IMG/VR virus record: IMGVR_UViG_3300021478_000016
Span: 32,001 to 96,000 of that record
Length of the DNA stretch: 64,000 nt
DNA from: a virus
Strand: one strand, 5' to 3'
In this document: positions 9,478 through 18,956 of the stretch, in pieces
Numbering within the stretch: position 1 is the first letter of the stretch
How the letters are laid out: every line of letters starts with the position of its first letter
The notes under the pieces: generated by a model
Told to the model about the DNA's origin: nothing
What the model saw: only the letters and a program-made list of their open reading frames with translations
Databases searched by the model: none
Position numbers and translations under genes: made by a program

Positions 9478-10272
9478 CTACCTCCTGCCCGTGATGGGCG
9501 TGAGCACTCGTGTCTGTCGTTCGACGGGTGGATTGCAAGTCCACGCGTACTGGCACCACTGGCAGCTCATGCTGACCTCTGGATCGGGCAGCTTTCCCTG
9601 CTCAGCGAAGTCAAGAGACATCCGAGCTCTCGCCTCCAAGCGAGCCCAGATGGTGTGATCGAAGCGAACGAGGTAAGGCTTGAGCGACGGCGTGAACTGC
9701 TCCTTGCCCTTGTTCCAATAGAGGAACCAGACCAAGGGCAGGTCAAGTGCCGCCATGTACAAGTGTGCTTGCTGGACGTGCTTCTCTTCTGGAGCCTTGA
9801 GCTTGGCGTACTCCTCCGGGCTCTTGCTCTTGAGCTCTACTCCAACGCGCACGAGAGGAAGCTGGTTCTCCCAGAAGGTGAAGGTGCCGTCGCAGCTCGA
9901 GGCCAGGCAGAGCTCACGTCCGAGAGGAGTGTCCTGGACGCGGACCTCCTTCTCGAACGTGAGCCGCCCGTTGCTCCTGGCTGCCATCATGGCGAAGTGG
10001 GTCTGGAGCATGTCGTGAAGGGCGTGACCCACCTGGAACTTCTTGCGCCACATTCGATCTACCAGCCCCCTCTTCGGGGTCTGCCAGAGCGTGTAGACGA
10101 CTTGGCGCATGCAGGTGTTGAGCTCAGTGGCGTGAACACCAGGCTCTCGATCCTCCCCGTTTTCGGGGAAGTCATCGAGGAAGGAGTCGTAGAGCTTCGA
10201 GAGTTCCTGAGCTAGGCCCTCAAGCGCCAGAGCTCCCTGTACTTCCAGATCCGCGATTGACGTTAGCTTCAT
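9478..10272 (-). CDS. Cas4-like PD-(D/E)xK exonuclease with Fe-S cluster motif
   Basis: HATELNTCMRQ, GHALH, CDG..VELKS, QAHLYM, C-terminal CQWCQYAWTC. Confidence 0.85.
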   Translation of the reverse strand: MKLTSIADLEVQGALALEGLAQELSKLYDSFLDDFPENGEDREPGVHATELNTCMRQVVYTLWQTPKRGLVDRMWRKKFQVGHALHDMLQTHFAMMAARSNGRLTFEKEVRVQDTPLGRELCLASSCDGTFTFWENQLPLVRVGVELKSKSPEEYAKLKAPEEKHVQQAHLYMAALDLPLVWFLYWNKGKEQFTPSLKPYLVRFDHTIWARLEARARMSLDFAEQGKLPDPEVSMSCQWCQYAWTCNPPVERQTRVLTPITGRR

Positions 10273-10753
10273 GCCAGTCTCCGTACGGTTGGAGAACCCA
10301 CTTGTCCTCCTCCCGGAGTGTGGCTGGGTTGACGAACGTGATGATGAACGCGGGCTTCTCTTGGAACGAACACTCGCCGCGGATCTTGTCCAGTTCCTTG
10401 CGAGTGACGTGGTACGACTTCGTCTTGGTGGTCTTGGCCTCGATGCGGTGCTCGCCTCTCTTGCGAACGTCACCCTTGGCCCATGGCAAGGCACCGGAGT
10501 TCTTCTGCGCCTTGCCTCCGATGTCCTCGGCGATCTGAATCTCCGTCCTCCGAGCCCTCTTGCGCATCTGCTGTGAAGGTGGTCGAGCTCCAGGCTTCGG
10601 AGGTTCGTAGCTGAGAATCGCTTGGTAGGTCTTCTCAGAAGCGTTCCCATCGAGCTCGATGGGACCGATGGTGTCGTTGGCCTCTCCCCCAAAGACGTCG
10701 AGGAAGAGCTGTCCGTCCTGGAACCTGGGCACGAACGTCAGCGATAGGTGCAC
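10220..10753 (-). CDS. PD-(D/E)xK nuclease, archaeal-type Holliday junction resolvase-like
   Basis: E..IA, NSGALPWAKGDVR, IEAKTT. Confidence 0.7.
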   Translation of the reverse strand: MHLSLTFVPRFQDGQLFLDVFGGEANDTIGPIELDGNASEKTYQAILSYEPPKPGARPPSQQMRKRARRTEIQIAEDIGGKAQKNSGALPWAKGDVRKRGEHRIEAKTTKTKSYHVTRKELDKIRGECSFQEKPAFIITFVNPATLREEDKWVLQPYGDWHEANVNRGSGSTGSSGA

Positions 10754-11937
10754 ATCTTCCCCGCTGCGGCCAAGATCTCCATTCGGAGCGAGAGCTCGAA
10801 CTCGATGTCCTGCATGCGTTCGACGAACTTGTCCCGCCCGGCGATGCCCGCCTCGAGGACATCACCGTTCTCCGGACGCAAGATGGAGAAGACCCCCTTC
10901 TCCTCCTTCAACACGCCGAGACGAAGTCCTTCCTGGATGACTGTGGCCGGGGAGTCCAAGAGGTTCTCGTATGTGAACTCCGTCTCACCACGGATGCCGT
11001 CGTGGGTGCCCGCCTTGCCCTTGAGGGTCTCCCAGTTCAGCATGCGGCCGATCTGCTTGCCCTTGGCCTCACCCTTCGTCTCCTTGAGCTTCTCGGTCGG
11101 CCAGAGCGTCAAGCCGATCAAGCGCGCGTGCCGCATCGCCCAAGGCAGCGTCTCGGCATACGGCTTGAGGTACTTCTGCATCGGACCAGGTGCGTTGGCG
11201 CGCTCGCGGTTCGCACGAACCTGACCCGTCGCGATGAGCGCCGTCGGATTCAATCCATCCATGCCCATCGTGAGCGGATGGAACTTGTGGCAGAACTTCG
11301 TGAGCACCGTCGCCTGCTGTCCCTGCTGGAAGCTGTCGCCGATGCTGTCGGTCTCGGCTTCCGCGTCGGAGATGAAGGAGTTGATGCCGTCCACTCCGAT
11401 GATGCCGAAGGCCTTCGAGGCGTAGCACTCCAGGACCGCGTCGAAGAGCTTCTCACCCGTGTCTCCACGGATGATGACGAACTCGCCGACCTGCGTCTTG
11501 AACCCGCGAATCTCCTCCTTCGTGTAGAGGGGCATCCCGCGGTTCTCACGAATCTCCTGCGCCTTGTCGATCATCTCGTCGGGGATGGCGATCTGCATGC
11601 CGCAGTGACGCATGAAGAAGTAGTCCGGAAGAAACTCGGCCGCCGCGAAGCCTATCGTCGAGTAGTTCCCGAAGATGCGCTGGTGCATCCCCATCGTCAG
11701 GTACATCAACGCCGTCTTGCCGGCGCCGTCGGGACCTGTGATGGTGCTCATTCCCCCAGCCGGGAAGCCACCGCCAATGTCGATGTCCAAGGACATGCAC
11801 CCGGTCGGGTACCGCATGAAGTACGGGTTCGGGACCGCCGACCCATGCTGGATGACCGGCCTGCCAGCGTCACTGTTGATCTTGTTCATCAACGCCTGGA
11901 GAATCTTCTTCTTGTCGGCGAGATCTGCTTTGGCCAT
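10738..11937 (-). CDS. recA: RecA/UvsX-like recombinase
   Basis: PTGCMSLDIDIGGGFPAG, Walker A GPDGAGKT, IIGVDGI Walker B, GQVR; alternative start 11967. Confidence 0.9.
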   Translation of the reverse strand: MAKADLADKKKILQALMNKINSDAGRPVIQHGSAVPNPYFMRYPTGCMSLDIDIGGGFPAGGMSTITGPDGAGKTALMYLTMGMHQRIFGNYSTIGFAAAEFLPDYFFMRHCGMQIAIPDEMIDKAQEIRENRGMPLYTKEEIRGFKTQVGEFVIIRGDTGEKLFDAVLECYASKAFGIIGVDGINSFISDAEAETDSIGDSFQQGQQATVLTKFCHKFHPLTMGMDGLNPTALIATGQVRANRERANAPGPMQKYLKPYAETLPWAMRHARLIGLTLWPTEKLKETKGEAKGKQIGRMLNWETLKGKAGTHDGIRGETEFTYENLLDSPATVIQEGLRLGVLKEEKGVFSILRPENGDVLEAGIAGRDKFVERMQDIEFELSLRMEILAAAGKMCTYR

Positions 11938-12021
11938 AGATTCCTCAGAGGTAAAGAGAGCCGACATGCCTCACTTAGTGAGGCATGTGGCCCTGCGCTT
12001 TCTTGTTCCCGGAGAGGGAAG

Positions 12022-12399
12022 CTACTTGCTCTTCTTCTCGAAGGGCTCGGTGCCACAGTTCGGACAGGTCAAGATCTGACCGTGACGCTCGACCTTCGCT
12101 CCGCACTGAGGGCAACCCTCGCTCGCCGCCTTCTCCAGATCCTGCTGATTCACTCCCTCATCGACTCCGAGCTTCTCCATGGCAATCTCCTTGAGCAGTG
12201 AGTGTAGCCTGGGACTCTTGCGAAAACGTATCTTCAGCCCGTCTCGGGTGAACTCCCCAAGCCCATCCACGTAGAGGTGTCCGTACCGCGCGATGTGCCT
12301 TGCGGCCATGCGCAAGAAGGCGGTGGTGACCAAGGAGACCTGGCTCTGATGGATGCCTAGGATGGCGGCCACCTGGGCATCGATCGAGCGCTTGGTCAC
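12022..12399 (-). CDS. HU/IHF-like DNA-binding domain fused to a C4 zinc ribbon
   Basis: MTKRSI...LYVDGLGEF...IRFRKSPRL resembles HU; C-terminal CPQCG...CPNCG. Confidence 0.65.
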   Translation of the reverse strand: MTKRSIDAQVAAILGIHQSQVSLVTTAFLRMAARHIARYGHLYVDGLGEFTRDGLKIRFRKSPRLHSLLKEIAMEKLGVDEGVNQQDLEKAASEGCPQCGAKVERHGQILTCPNCGTEPFEKKSK

Positions 12400-14366
12400 T
12401 ACTTCGCCTCCATCCAGTTGTCGCCCTGACCGATGGCCGCGATGAGCGGCACAGCCAGGTCCCTGTCGAATGGATGCTCCATCATGTCCTTGATGATGGG
12501 TATGCAGACGGGCACGGTCTCTTCGGCGCTCTCGAACACGAGCTCGTCGTGGACCTGGTTGAGCATGAAGCAGCCGTACTCGTCATCGAGGTTTGCAGCA
12601 TCGATGTTGATCATGGCCACCTTCATGATGTCAGCCGCCGTGCCTTGGATCTCGTTGTTCACAGCCTTGCGCTCTGCTTCCCAGCGCTCGAGGTTGTTCA
12701 TCGAGACGATCTCGGGATGGAAGCGACGTCGGCCGAGGATGGTGAAGGAGTAGCCGCACCCGCGTGCAGCTTCGATGGCGCTCGCGTAGAAGTGCGAGAC
12801 CGCCGGATACCGAGCCATGTACTGCTCGATGAGGAGCTTGGCTTCAGCCTTGGTCTTCTTGAGCTGACGGGCGAGCTTGCCCTCCTTCATGCCGTAGTTC
12901 AGACCGAAGCCGATGGCCTTGGCCCCATACCGAGCATCCAGGCAGCGCATGACGTATTCGGTGAGGGCGGACTCTGGAAGCTTGCCGTCCTTCACTTGCT
13001 TGTCGACCTTCTTGGCCTTCACCAGATCTTCGTACGGAATGTCGAAGACCAGGCTGGCGTTACCCATGTGGATGTCCTTGCCGTCGAGGAAGAGTTGGAT
13101 CATATCCCTCTCCCCTTCAGGGTGCTCTCTGGACACCGTCGCCGCTGCGAGGAGCCGCATCTCTAGTTGTTCTTGGTCGGCCACGATGAGCTTGTTGCCT
13201 CGCTCATGGATGAACGACTTGCGGATCTTGAAGCGGTCCGTCTCCGGCTTGGGCAGGTTCTGGAACTGGATGTCGGACGTCGAGAGGCGGCCTGTGCGGG
13301 CCACGTCCTGGTTGAAGTGCGTGTGGACGCGGCCATCTTGGTCCAGACCCCCCAGGATGCCGTCGATGTACGTGCCCTTGAGTTTGTCGAGGTCACGTAG
13401 ATCGATCATCAACAGAGCAACAGGGTCCTCGAACTCCTCCGCCAACCACTCGATGACCTCGACGTCTGTGGATTCCTTCTTGATGCCGCTCTTGCCTCCC
13501 TTCGTCATCTTCTTCGAGGGGTATCCCTTCTCCCTGAAGAAGTAGTCCCTGAGCTGGTCTGTGCTCTTGGGATTGATGACGCGGCCAGCGATGTGGTTGA
13601 TCTTGCGTAGGATGTCGTTGATCTCACTCGTTGCCGGCCCTTCGAGGGTACGAAGGTACGGCTCATCGATGTACATCCCACGACGCTCGCACTTCCAGAG
13701 CACGCGCGTGAACGGCGACTCGAGTTTGAAGAAGTAGTCGGCAAGCGTGGAGTACTTCTCCGGGTAGAGGCTCCAGGTGTTGGCCTCCTCGAGCTCCTTC
13801 TTCAGCTTCTCGAAGAGGCAGATCGTGCCGTACGCGTCGTTCGACGCGTACTCGACAAGGCGGGGGAGCTCCTGCTTCTCGAGCCGTGTGAGGAACGCAT
13901 GCGGACCTTCTTCCCTGAACCCCTTCTTGAAGTCGTCCTTCCAGGCCCACCCGAGGATGTGGTTGGCCATGTACTCGAGCTTGTGTGGCGCCTCCTCGTA
14001 GAGAAGGGCGTGCATGACTGAGCAGTCGTAGATGCGCCCACCGAGCGTGATGCCGGTGTTGAAGAGCATGTGCATGTCGAACTTCGCGTTCACCAGCGCC
14101 CATCCTCGATCTGCATCCTCGAGCACGGACTTGAAGAATGGCAGGACGTCAGCACGCAGGCACGCACGGCGATGGAAGCCTGGCTTGTCCTTGTTCTCCC
14201 AGGACAGAGACCAGTACAGCGTGAAGTCCTTCATGTAGTTCAAGCCGGTGGTCTCCGTGTCGATGGAGACGGTCCGGTGATCTGCAACTTCTCGTATCAG
14301 ACTCTCGATGCCAGGAGTGTCTCTCGTGAACCACTCTGCGTCTGGCATCTGAATGTTCCAGGACAT
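12399..14366 (-). CDS. polA: Family A DNA polymerase with 3'-5' exonuclease
   Basis: IDTETTGL, NAKFD, YASNDA, TGRLS, ADQEQLEMR, AKAIGFGLNYG, IQGTAAD, QVHDEL. Confidence 0.97.
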   Translation of the reverse strand: MSWNIQMPDAEWFTRDTPGIESLIREVADHRTVSIDTETTGLNYMKDFTLYWSLSWENKDKPGFHRRACLRADVLPFFKSVLEDADRGWALVNAKFDMHMLFNTGITLGGRIYDCSVMHALLYEEAPHKLEYMANHILGWAWKDDFKKGFREEGPHAFLTRLEKQELPRLVEYASNDAYGTICLFEKLKKELEEANTWSLYPEKYSTLADYFFKLESPFTRVLWKCERRGMYIDEPYLRTLEGPATSEINDILRKINHIAGRVINPKSTDQLRDYFFREKGYPSKKMTKGGKSGIKKESTDVEVIEWLAEEFEDPVALLMIDLRDLDKLKGTYIDGILGGLDQDGRVHTHFNQDVARTGRLSTSDIQFQNLPKPETDRFKIRKSFIHERGNKLIVADQEQLEMRLLAAATVSREHPEGERDMIQLFLDGKDIHMGNASLVFDIPYEDLVKAKKVDKQVKDGKLPESALTEYVMRCLDARYGAKAIGFGLNYGMKEGKLARQLKKTKAEAKLLIEQYMARYPAVSHFYASAIEAARGCGYSFTILGRRRFHPEIVSMNNLERWEAERKAVNNEIQGTAADIMKVAMINIDAANLDDEYGCFMLNQVHDELVFESAEETVPVCIPIIKDMMEHPFDRDLAVPLIAAIGQGDNWMEAK

Positions 14367-14375
14367 GATGCCTCC

Positions 14376-14413
14376 AAAGAAAAAGACCCTCCCGCCGAAG
14401 CGGGAGGGTCTTT
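14376..14413 (-). terminator. Rho-independent terminator after the SSB-like gene
   Basis: AAAGACCCTCCCGC-TTCG-GCGGGAGGGTCTTT then TTCTTT on the minus strand. Confidence 0.9.
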
Positions 14414-14420
14414 CATGAGC

Positions 14421-15662
14421 TCAGCGACTCTGCTGTCCGCCGCCAGCCTGGTACTGCCGGAAGCCCGAGTTCGGAGTGACCGGAGTTCTCGTCAGGCCCT
14501 GCTGCGTGCCGGGGTTCACCTGCACCGGCTGACCCTGAGCAGGAGTGTTCTCCATGCCGAACTGGCGCTGCTGGTACTCGATGGTCGACGGAGCGTAGAT
14601 CTTGGGCAGGTCGAGAGGCTTGGCAATCTCCGCGAACCGCGGGTCGATGGCACAGGCCTCCGTCCAGTCCGAGACGATGAGCTGCGTCTGCTTCGAGTCC
14701 CCGGCGCCGGATGCCACGCGCTTGACGTGCATGTTCACGTCGAAGATCGTGGCGCGTTCCGGCGTCCCGCAACCCGAGCACTGGAAGACCTCGTTGAGGA
14801 ATCCGGACTGCTTGCAGTGCGGGCAGGTCACCGGGGCGCTGATGACCTTCATGATGTCCTCGTCCTTGAGCGTTGTATCGGCCATGTCGATGACGGCCTC
14901 ACCGCACTCCGGGTTGGAGCAGACCCAGGCCAGGGATGCGATGCTGCTCTTCTGCTTGCAGACCCGGCAGCCGTTGCCGATGGCGGCGGCGTAGGCCGTC
15001 GTCATCGCCTTCCAGTGGGAGTAGCTCATCTCCCACTTGAGCACGCGAGCCTCCACCGTCTCCACCTTCTGAGGGCAGATCGGGCATCCACGTCCCTCAC
15101 AGGGCACCCACTCGTGGTACGCCTCGCCCTTGTCGTTGGTGCGCACCTGGCCGGTCTGGCGGTCGATCTGCTGGATCTTGTGGTACGGGTTGAAGTGCAG
15201 GGCGTTGAAGGCGTACTTGTCCTGCTTGCTCACGCGGCTCTTGCGACGGCCGTTCGCATCCTTCTGTTTGTCCATCGTCGAGAAGAACAGATCGCAGCCC
15301 AGGCAGGGCTCACGGGCGTCTCGGAAGTTGTGGTAGACGCCGCCTGAGCAGAGGGCCGAACGTTCGTTGCGACCGTCGTAGTGCTCGATGTACGGCCAGT
15401 ACTCGAGGATGTACTTGTACGGGTTCTTCTGCCCGTCGCAGCCCACGTACTCGTACGCGCCGGGAATCAGCCGCACCAGGTCGAAGCTGGACGGCGACTG
15501 CGTCGGCTTGTAGACGTCCGAGAAGCGAGCACCACCACCTCCGCGGCGTTGGCGCTGCTCCCCCGAGTTGCGCATGAGGAACGCGTTCCTCTGCTGGAAC
15601 GACGTGTTGGCCCCGAACGGGCTGACGACGTTGAGCTTATCCGTGTCCTTGCCGAATGCCAT
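14421..15662 (-). CDS. Putative single-stranded DNA-binding protein (gp32-like) with several CxxC motifs
   Basis: Lies between primase and polymerase; VRLIP, EHY, CxxC motifs; strong codon bias and its own terminator. Confidence 0.55.
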   Translation of the reverse strand: MAFGKDTDKLNVVSPFGANTSFQQRNAFLMRNSGEQRQRRGGGGARFSDVYKPTQSPSSFDLVRLIPGAYEYVGCDGQKNPYKYILEYWPYIEHYDGRNERSALCSGGVYHNFRDAREPCLGCDLFFSTMDKQKDANGRRKSRVSKQDKYAFNALHFNPYHKIQQIDRQTGQVRTNDKGEAYHEWVPCEGRGCPICPQKVETVEARVLKWEMSYSHWKAMTTAYAAAIGNGCRVCKQKSSIASLAWVCSNPECGEAVIDMADTTLKDEDIMKVISAPVTCPHCKQSGFLNEVFQCSGCGTPERATIFDVNMHVKRVASGAGDSKQTQLIVSDWTEACAIDPRFAEIAKPLDLPKIYAPSTIEYQQRQFGMENTPAQGQPVQVNPGTQQGLTRTPVTPNSGFRQYQAGGGQQSR

Positions 15663-15664
15663 GA

Positions 15665-16642
15665 TCAGACTCCTTGGAGTATCCAGCGGTAGTAATCGAC
15701 TGCGTTGTTGACAGCGGTGTGTAGTTCAGCGGTGGTTAGATCGGTTGGTTGATGGCCTTCATACCTGATGATGCGAACGCTAAGAGATGAGGCGAGGCTC
15801 TTGGAGACCCAGTGGTAGGCCTTGTGGCCCGCCTTGTCGTTGTCGAAGAAGAGGTACACAGTACCTCCGATCCGCTCGAGAATCATCTTCTGTCTGGGGG
15901 AAAGATACGACCCCATCAAGGCGATGGTCTCGTAGTAGCCGGCCTGCCAAAGCCACATCACGCTCTTGAAACCCTCGACCATGATGATCTCGGGCTCCTT
16001 GGTGAAGTAGGCCTTCGGATAGACCTTGTCGATGTTCCAGATGAGGTCAGCCTTGTCCGTGCTCTTGGACGGTAGCTCCCAAGCCTCGTACTCCTCCTTG
16101 GAGTAGATCTTGTACTTGGCTGGATGGTCGTCCGTGGCACGGCCGCTGAAGCCCACCAGCCTCCCCAGCATGTCGCGCAAGGGGTACGTGATGCGGGCAT
16201 TCTTCCGGTCGAAGCCGATGTCGAAGTGGCGCAGCGTCTCTTCGGAGAACCCCTCCTCGAGCAAGCCCGTGGGGCAGTAGTCGAAGAGACCGAGCACGCT
16301 CTCCGGTATCGGCTCCTCTCTGGGGTTGACGAAGAGCCGGTTCTTCTTCCGGTTCTTCCAGGAGGTGTTGTCGAGTGTTTCGAGTAGCGGTTTGTAGAAC
16401 GTGTCGATGAGCAGTGGGGACGCTCCGACGTTCCGGAGGAACGATCGAAGATTCCCACGCTCACCGCATGCGTGACAGAACCAAAGTCCTGTCAGGGTGT
16501 TCATCGCGAATGAGCCTCTGCGCTCGGGTGCTCCTCCCTTGGTGTGGAAGGGGCAGATCGCCATGATGTTCTCTGGACCGCTGGGCCTCACCTTCTGGAG
16601 ATACTTCTCCGCGAGGCTCCGGAGCTCCAGGTTGAAGTTCAT
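15665..16642 (-). CDS. dnaG: DnaG-like primase
   Basis: CPFH...CHAC zinc finger, GFSGR, Toprim VEG and FFDNDKAG. Confidence 0.93.
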   Translation of the reverse strand: MNFNLELRSLAEKYLQKVRPSGPENIMAICPFHTKGGAPERRGSFAMNTLTGLWFCHACGERGNLRSFLRNVGASPLLIDTFYKPLLETLDNTSWKNRKKNRLFVNPREEPIPESVLGLFDYCPTGLLEEGFSEETLRHFDIGFDRKNARITYPLRDMLGRLVGFSGRATDDHPAKYKIYSKEEYEAWELPSKSTDKADLIWNIDKVYPKAYFTKEPEIIMVEGFKSVMWLWQAGYYETIALMGSYLSPRQKMILERIGGTVYLFFDNDKAGHKAYHWVSKSLASSLSVRIIRYEGHQPTDLTTAELHTAVNNAVDYYRWILQGV

Positions 16643-18033
16643 GAGACGTTCTTCAATTGCTCCTTCAGCACCTTGTCGTTGTCCTTCGAGGTGACCGGCG
16701 TCCGGATCGGCTTGGGGCCGTCCTTCTGCTTCTTCTTTTCCTCGTCGTCATCCGCGTCCTTGGCCTTCGCCTTGGCGACCTCCTTGTCGGTCATCGCCTC
16801 CTTGAAGGACATGTCCGTGTAGGGGATGCCGCCGATGCGGATGCCGTTGAGCTGGAACTCGCGCGAACCGGCAAGAACCAGAGCGACGGTTGGAGGTGAG
16901 CCCTTCTCGTTGATGCTGCGGATGGCACAAGTCGCGTCCTGACCGATGGCGTCGGAGTACGCGATCTCGTCCAGCTCAGCGTCCCCGTTCTTCGACGCCT
17001 GCCTGTTGGCCTGCATCGTTGCGATGATGGGGATGTGCGTGTCCAGAACGGTCTGACGAGCGGCACGTGATATCTGCATCACACGCTCGTGGTCTTTGCC
17101 GATCTTGCGGTCGGCAGACATGAGGTACAGACCGTCGATGAAGACGGCGTCCGGCTTGTACTTCTCGATCTTGCCTCGGAGCCACATCATGTTGTCCTGC
17201 CCCGCAGGCGCGTCGCGCCCAGAGACAGCGATGATGTTGTGCCGGCCACTCGTTGCTTGCGCCCGTGCACGAATCGCCTGAGCGGCGTAGATGAAGTTCG
17301 CACGATGCTCGGGAGAGAGCTTGCCCAGGCGGTACTCATCGTACGGCAACATCGCGATGGCCGCGGTGACACGACGGTAGATCTGCCAGGTCGGCATCTC
17401 CTTCGTGTAGACCATCACGCACTTGTCTTGGTTGTAGGTCGACGCGATGAAGTCACCCAAGACGAAGGTCTTCTTCGACTTTGGCCTGCCGTAGATGACG
17501 ATGTAGTCGTCGTCTTGTACGCCCCCTGTTGCTTCGTTCAACGGTTCCCACGGCCAACGGAAGCAGCAGGTCAGCTCTCCGTTCTCGGCCATGACGTAGC
17601 GCCGCTCTTGTTCGTCGATGGCCGTCGAGAAGATGTCATCGTGTGACTTCATCCCGAGCGACCGGGTCATCATCAGCCGGTCCAGCAGTTGGGACACGGA
17701 TGTGATGGGATCGATGTCCACAGACTCGTTGGCCTCGGCCATGGCCTCACGCGTCTCGAGGATGATGCGTTGCTTGCGCACCTCCGCACAGAGCGCGTCG
17801 AGTGTCATGGACGCATCGTCGCAGAACTCGAATGTGGGGTACTGGGACCTAAAAGACTCGGTGCCCGGTACTGCCCCACTCGTATCGGATGCCTTCCAGT
17901 ATCCGATCAAGTGGGTGAACAACCCTCGACCCTCCGTGGTCCGAAAGTCATCCTCCTGCATCCCCCATTCGAGCACGTCTGCGAGCTGTCCAGTACGAAT
18001 GATCCTACTGAGTAGCTGCATCTCCACGTGCAT
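16639..18033 (-). CDS. dnaB: DnaB-like replicative helicase
   Basis: GRPKSKKT Walker A variant, KEM, FIDGLYLM, MQANR, IAYSDAIGQDA. Confidence 0.88.
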   Translation of the reverse strand: MHVEMQLLSRIIRTGQLADVLEWGMQEDDFRTTEGRGLFTHLIGYWKASDTSGAVPGTESFRSQYPTFEFCDDASMTLDALCAEVRKQRIILETREAMAEANESVDIDPITSVSQLLDRLMMTRSLGMKSHDDIFSTAIDEQERRYVMAENGELTCCFRWPWEPLNEATGGVQDDDYIVIYGRPKSKKTFVLGDFIASTYNQDKCVMVYTKEMPTWQIYRRVTAAIAMLPYDEYRLGKLSPEHRANFIYAAQAIRARAQATSGRHNIIAVSGRDAPAGQDNMMWLRGKIEKYKPDAVFIDGLYLMSADRKIGKDHERVMQISRAARQTVLDTHIPIIATMQANRQASKNGDAELDEIAYSDAIGQDATCAIRSINEKGSPPTVALVLAGSREFQLNGIRIGGIPYTDMSFKEAMTDKEVAKAKAKDADDDEEKKKQKDGPKPIRTPVTSKDNDKVLKEQLKNVS

Positions 18034-18106
18034 GGGTACTCCCTTTCCTCCAGTGCTACTTCCCCGGGCGATCCTTATACCTCTCCAGGGGCGTGACTCT
18101 GCCTCC

Positions 18107-18148
18107 AAACGAAAGAGGGGCAACCTCAAGCACAAGAGGTCGCCCCTC
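18107..18148 (-). terminator. Rho-independent terminator
   Basis: GAGGGGCGACCTC/GAGGTTGCCCCTC stem followed by TTTCGTTT on the minus strand. Confidence 0.8.
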
Positions 18149-18235
18149 CAACATCCGGGGGTACTACGTATAGTGGCCCGTCGTCAGGTTGCGTGCGCGA
18201 AGCCTTCCTCCCTGGTTGCGCACGTCCATGGCGGA
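18107..18235 (-). ncRNA. Candidate small RNA of about 130 nt (or 21-aa peptide mRNA)
   Basis: Bounded by a sigma70-like promoter and a terminator, with no long ORF. Confidence 0.5.
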
Positions 18236-18241
18236 CCGTTG

Positions 18242-18270
18242 ACGATGAACGAGCCCCCCGCCCCTGTCAA
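18242..18270 (-). promoter_or_regulatory. sigma70-like promoter
   Basis: TTGACA-N17-CATCGT. Confidence 0.55.
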
Positions 18271-18283
18271 TGTGTCCGGGTGT

Positions 18284-18631
18284 TCACACCTGCTGGGCGT
18301 CTTCTTCGCCAGTCCCGAGGTGTTCCCCCAGGCCGCCGACAGAAGCCCCGGTAGGGGACGCCGTTGAGACCGTGTCTCCTGCCACCTCGAGAGCGCTTCC
18401 TGTGAAGTGCAGTCGAGCGAGGTCCCTTTCCATGGAGGCTCTGAGCGTGTTCATCGCTTCCATGGTTTCTTTTGACCAGATCGGCCCCTCACCGGTCGTC
18501 CAGCCATGCGTGTGACCACTCTTGCTATCCACGAAGGCAGCCTTCACCTTCAGTGACCCCCCCACTACGTGAAAGGCGAAGGTGCCTTCGTGAACAGCGA
18601 TCCCGTCGAACTTCGGAGTTCCGGCTTGCAT
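18284..18631 (-). CDS. Hypothetical protein
   Basis: ORF in operon context; start uncertain (18631 or 18658). Confidence 0.6.
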   Translation of the reverse strand: MQAGTPKFDGIAVHEGTFAFHVVGGSLKVKAAFVDSKSGHTHGWTTGEGPIWSKETMEAMNTLRASMERDLARLHFTGSALEVAGDTVSTASPTGASVGGLGEHLGTGEEDAQQV

Positions 18632-18632
18632 G

Positions 18633-18956
18633 TCAGCCCGTAGTATAGCCAGAGGCAATCGAAGCGAGGGTCTTGTCCTTCTCCGGGATGGCGTGGCTCA
18701 GACCATCCTTCGTCAGCTCGAGCGACTTGAAGAAGGCCTGCTTGCCCGCCTCGTTGATGGTGGCCTCGTCCTGGTTGCACGTGATGCGCACGACGCTGGA
18801 GACCTTCACTGCACCGTAGTCGAGACCGAACTGCGTGCTCATCTCGACCTGGGCCAAACCGTTGCCCAGGAGATTCTCGAAGCTGTCCATGTAGCCCTCT
18901 TCTTCGTGGTACGTGCCGTCGGTTCTGCTGACCCTTCTCCACCAGCGCGCGTTCAC
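18633..18956 (-). CDS. Hypothetical protein
   Basis: 107-aa ORF, GTGA overlap with the upstream stop. Confidence 0.65.
   Translation of the reverse strand: MNARWWRRVSRTDGTYHEEEGYMDSFENLLGNGLAQVEMSTQFGLDYGAVKVSSVVRITCNQDEATINEAGKQAFFKSLELTKDGLSHAIPEKDKTLASIASGYTTG

Noticed and set aside
9478-10272. Cas4-like gene as part of a CRISPR-Cas locus
   Set aside because: No cas1/cas2 or array in the window; the context is replication/recombination
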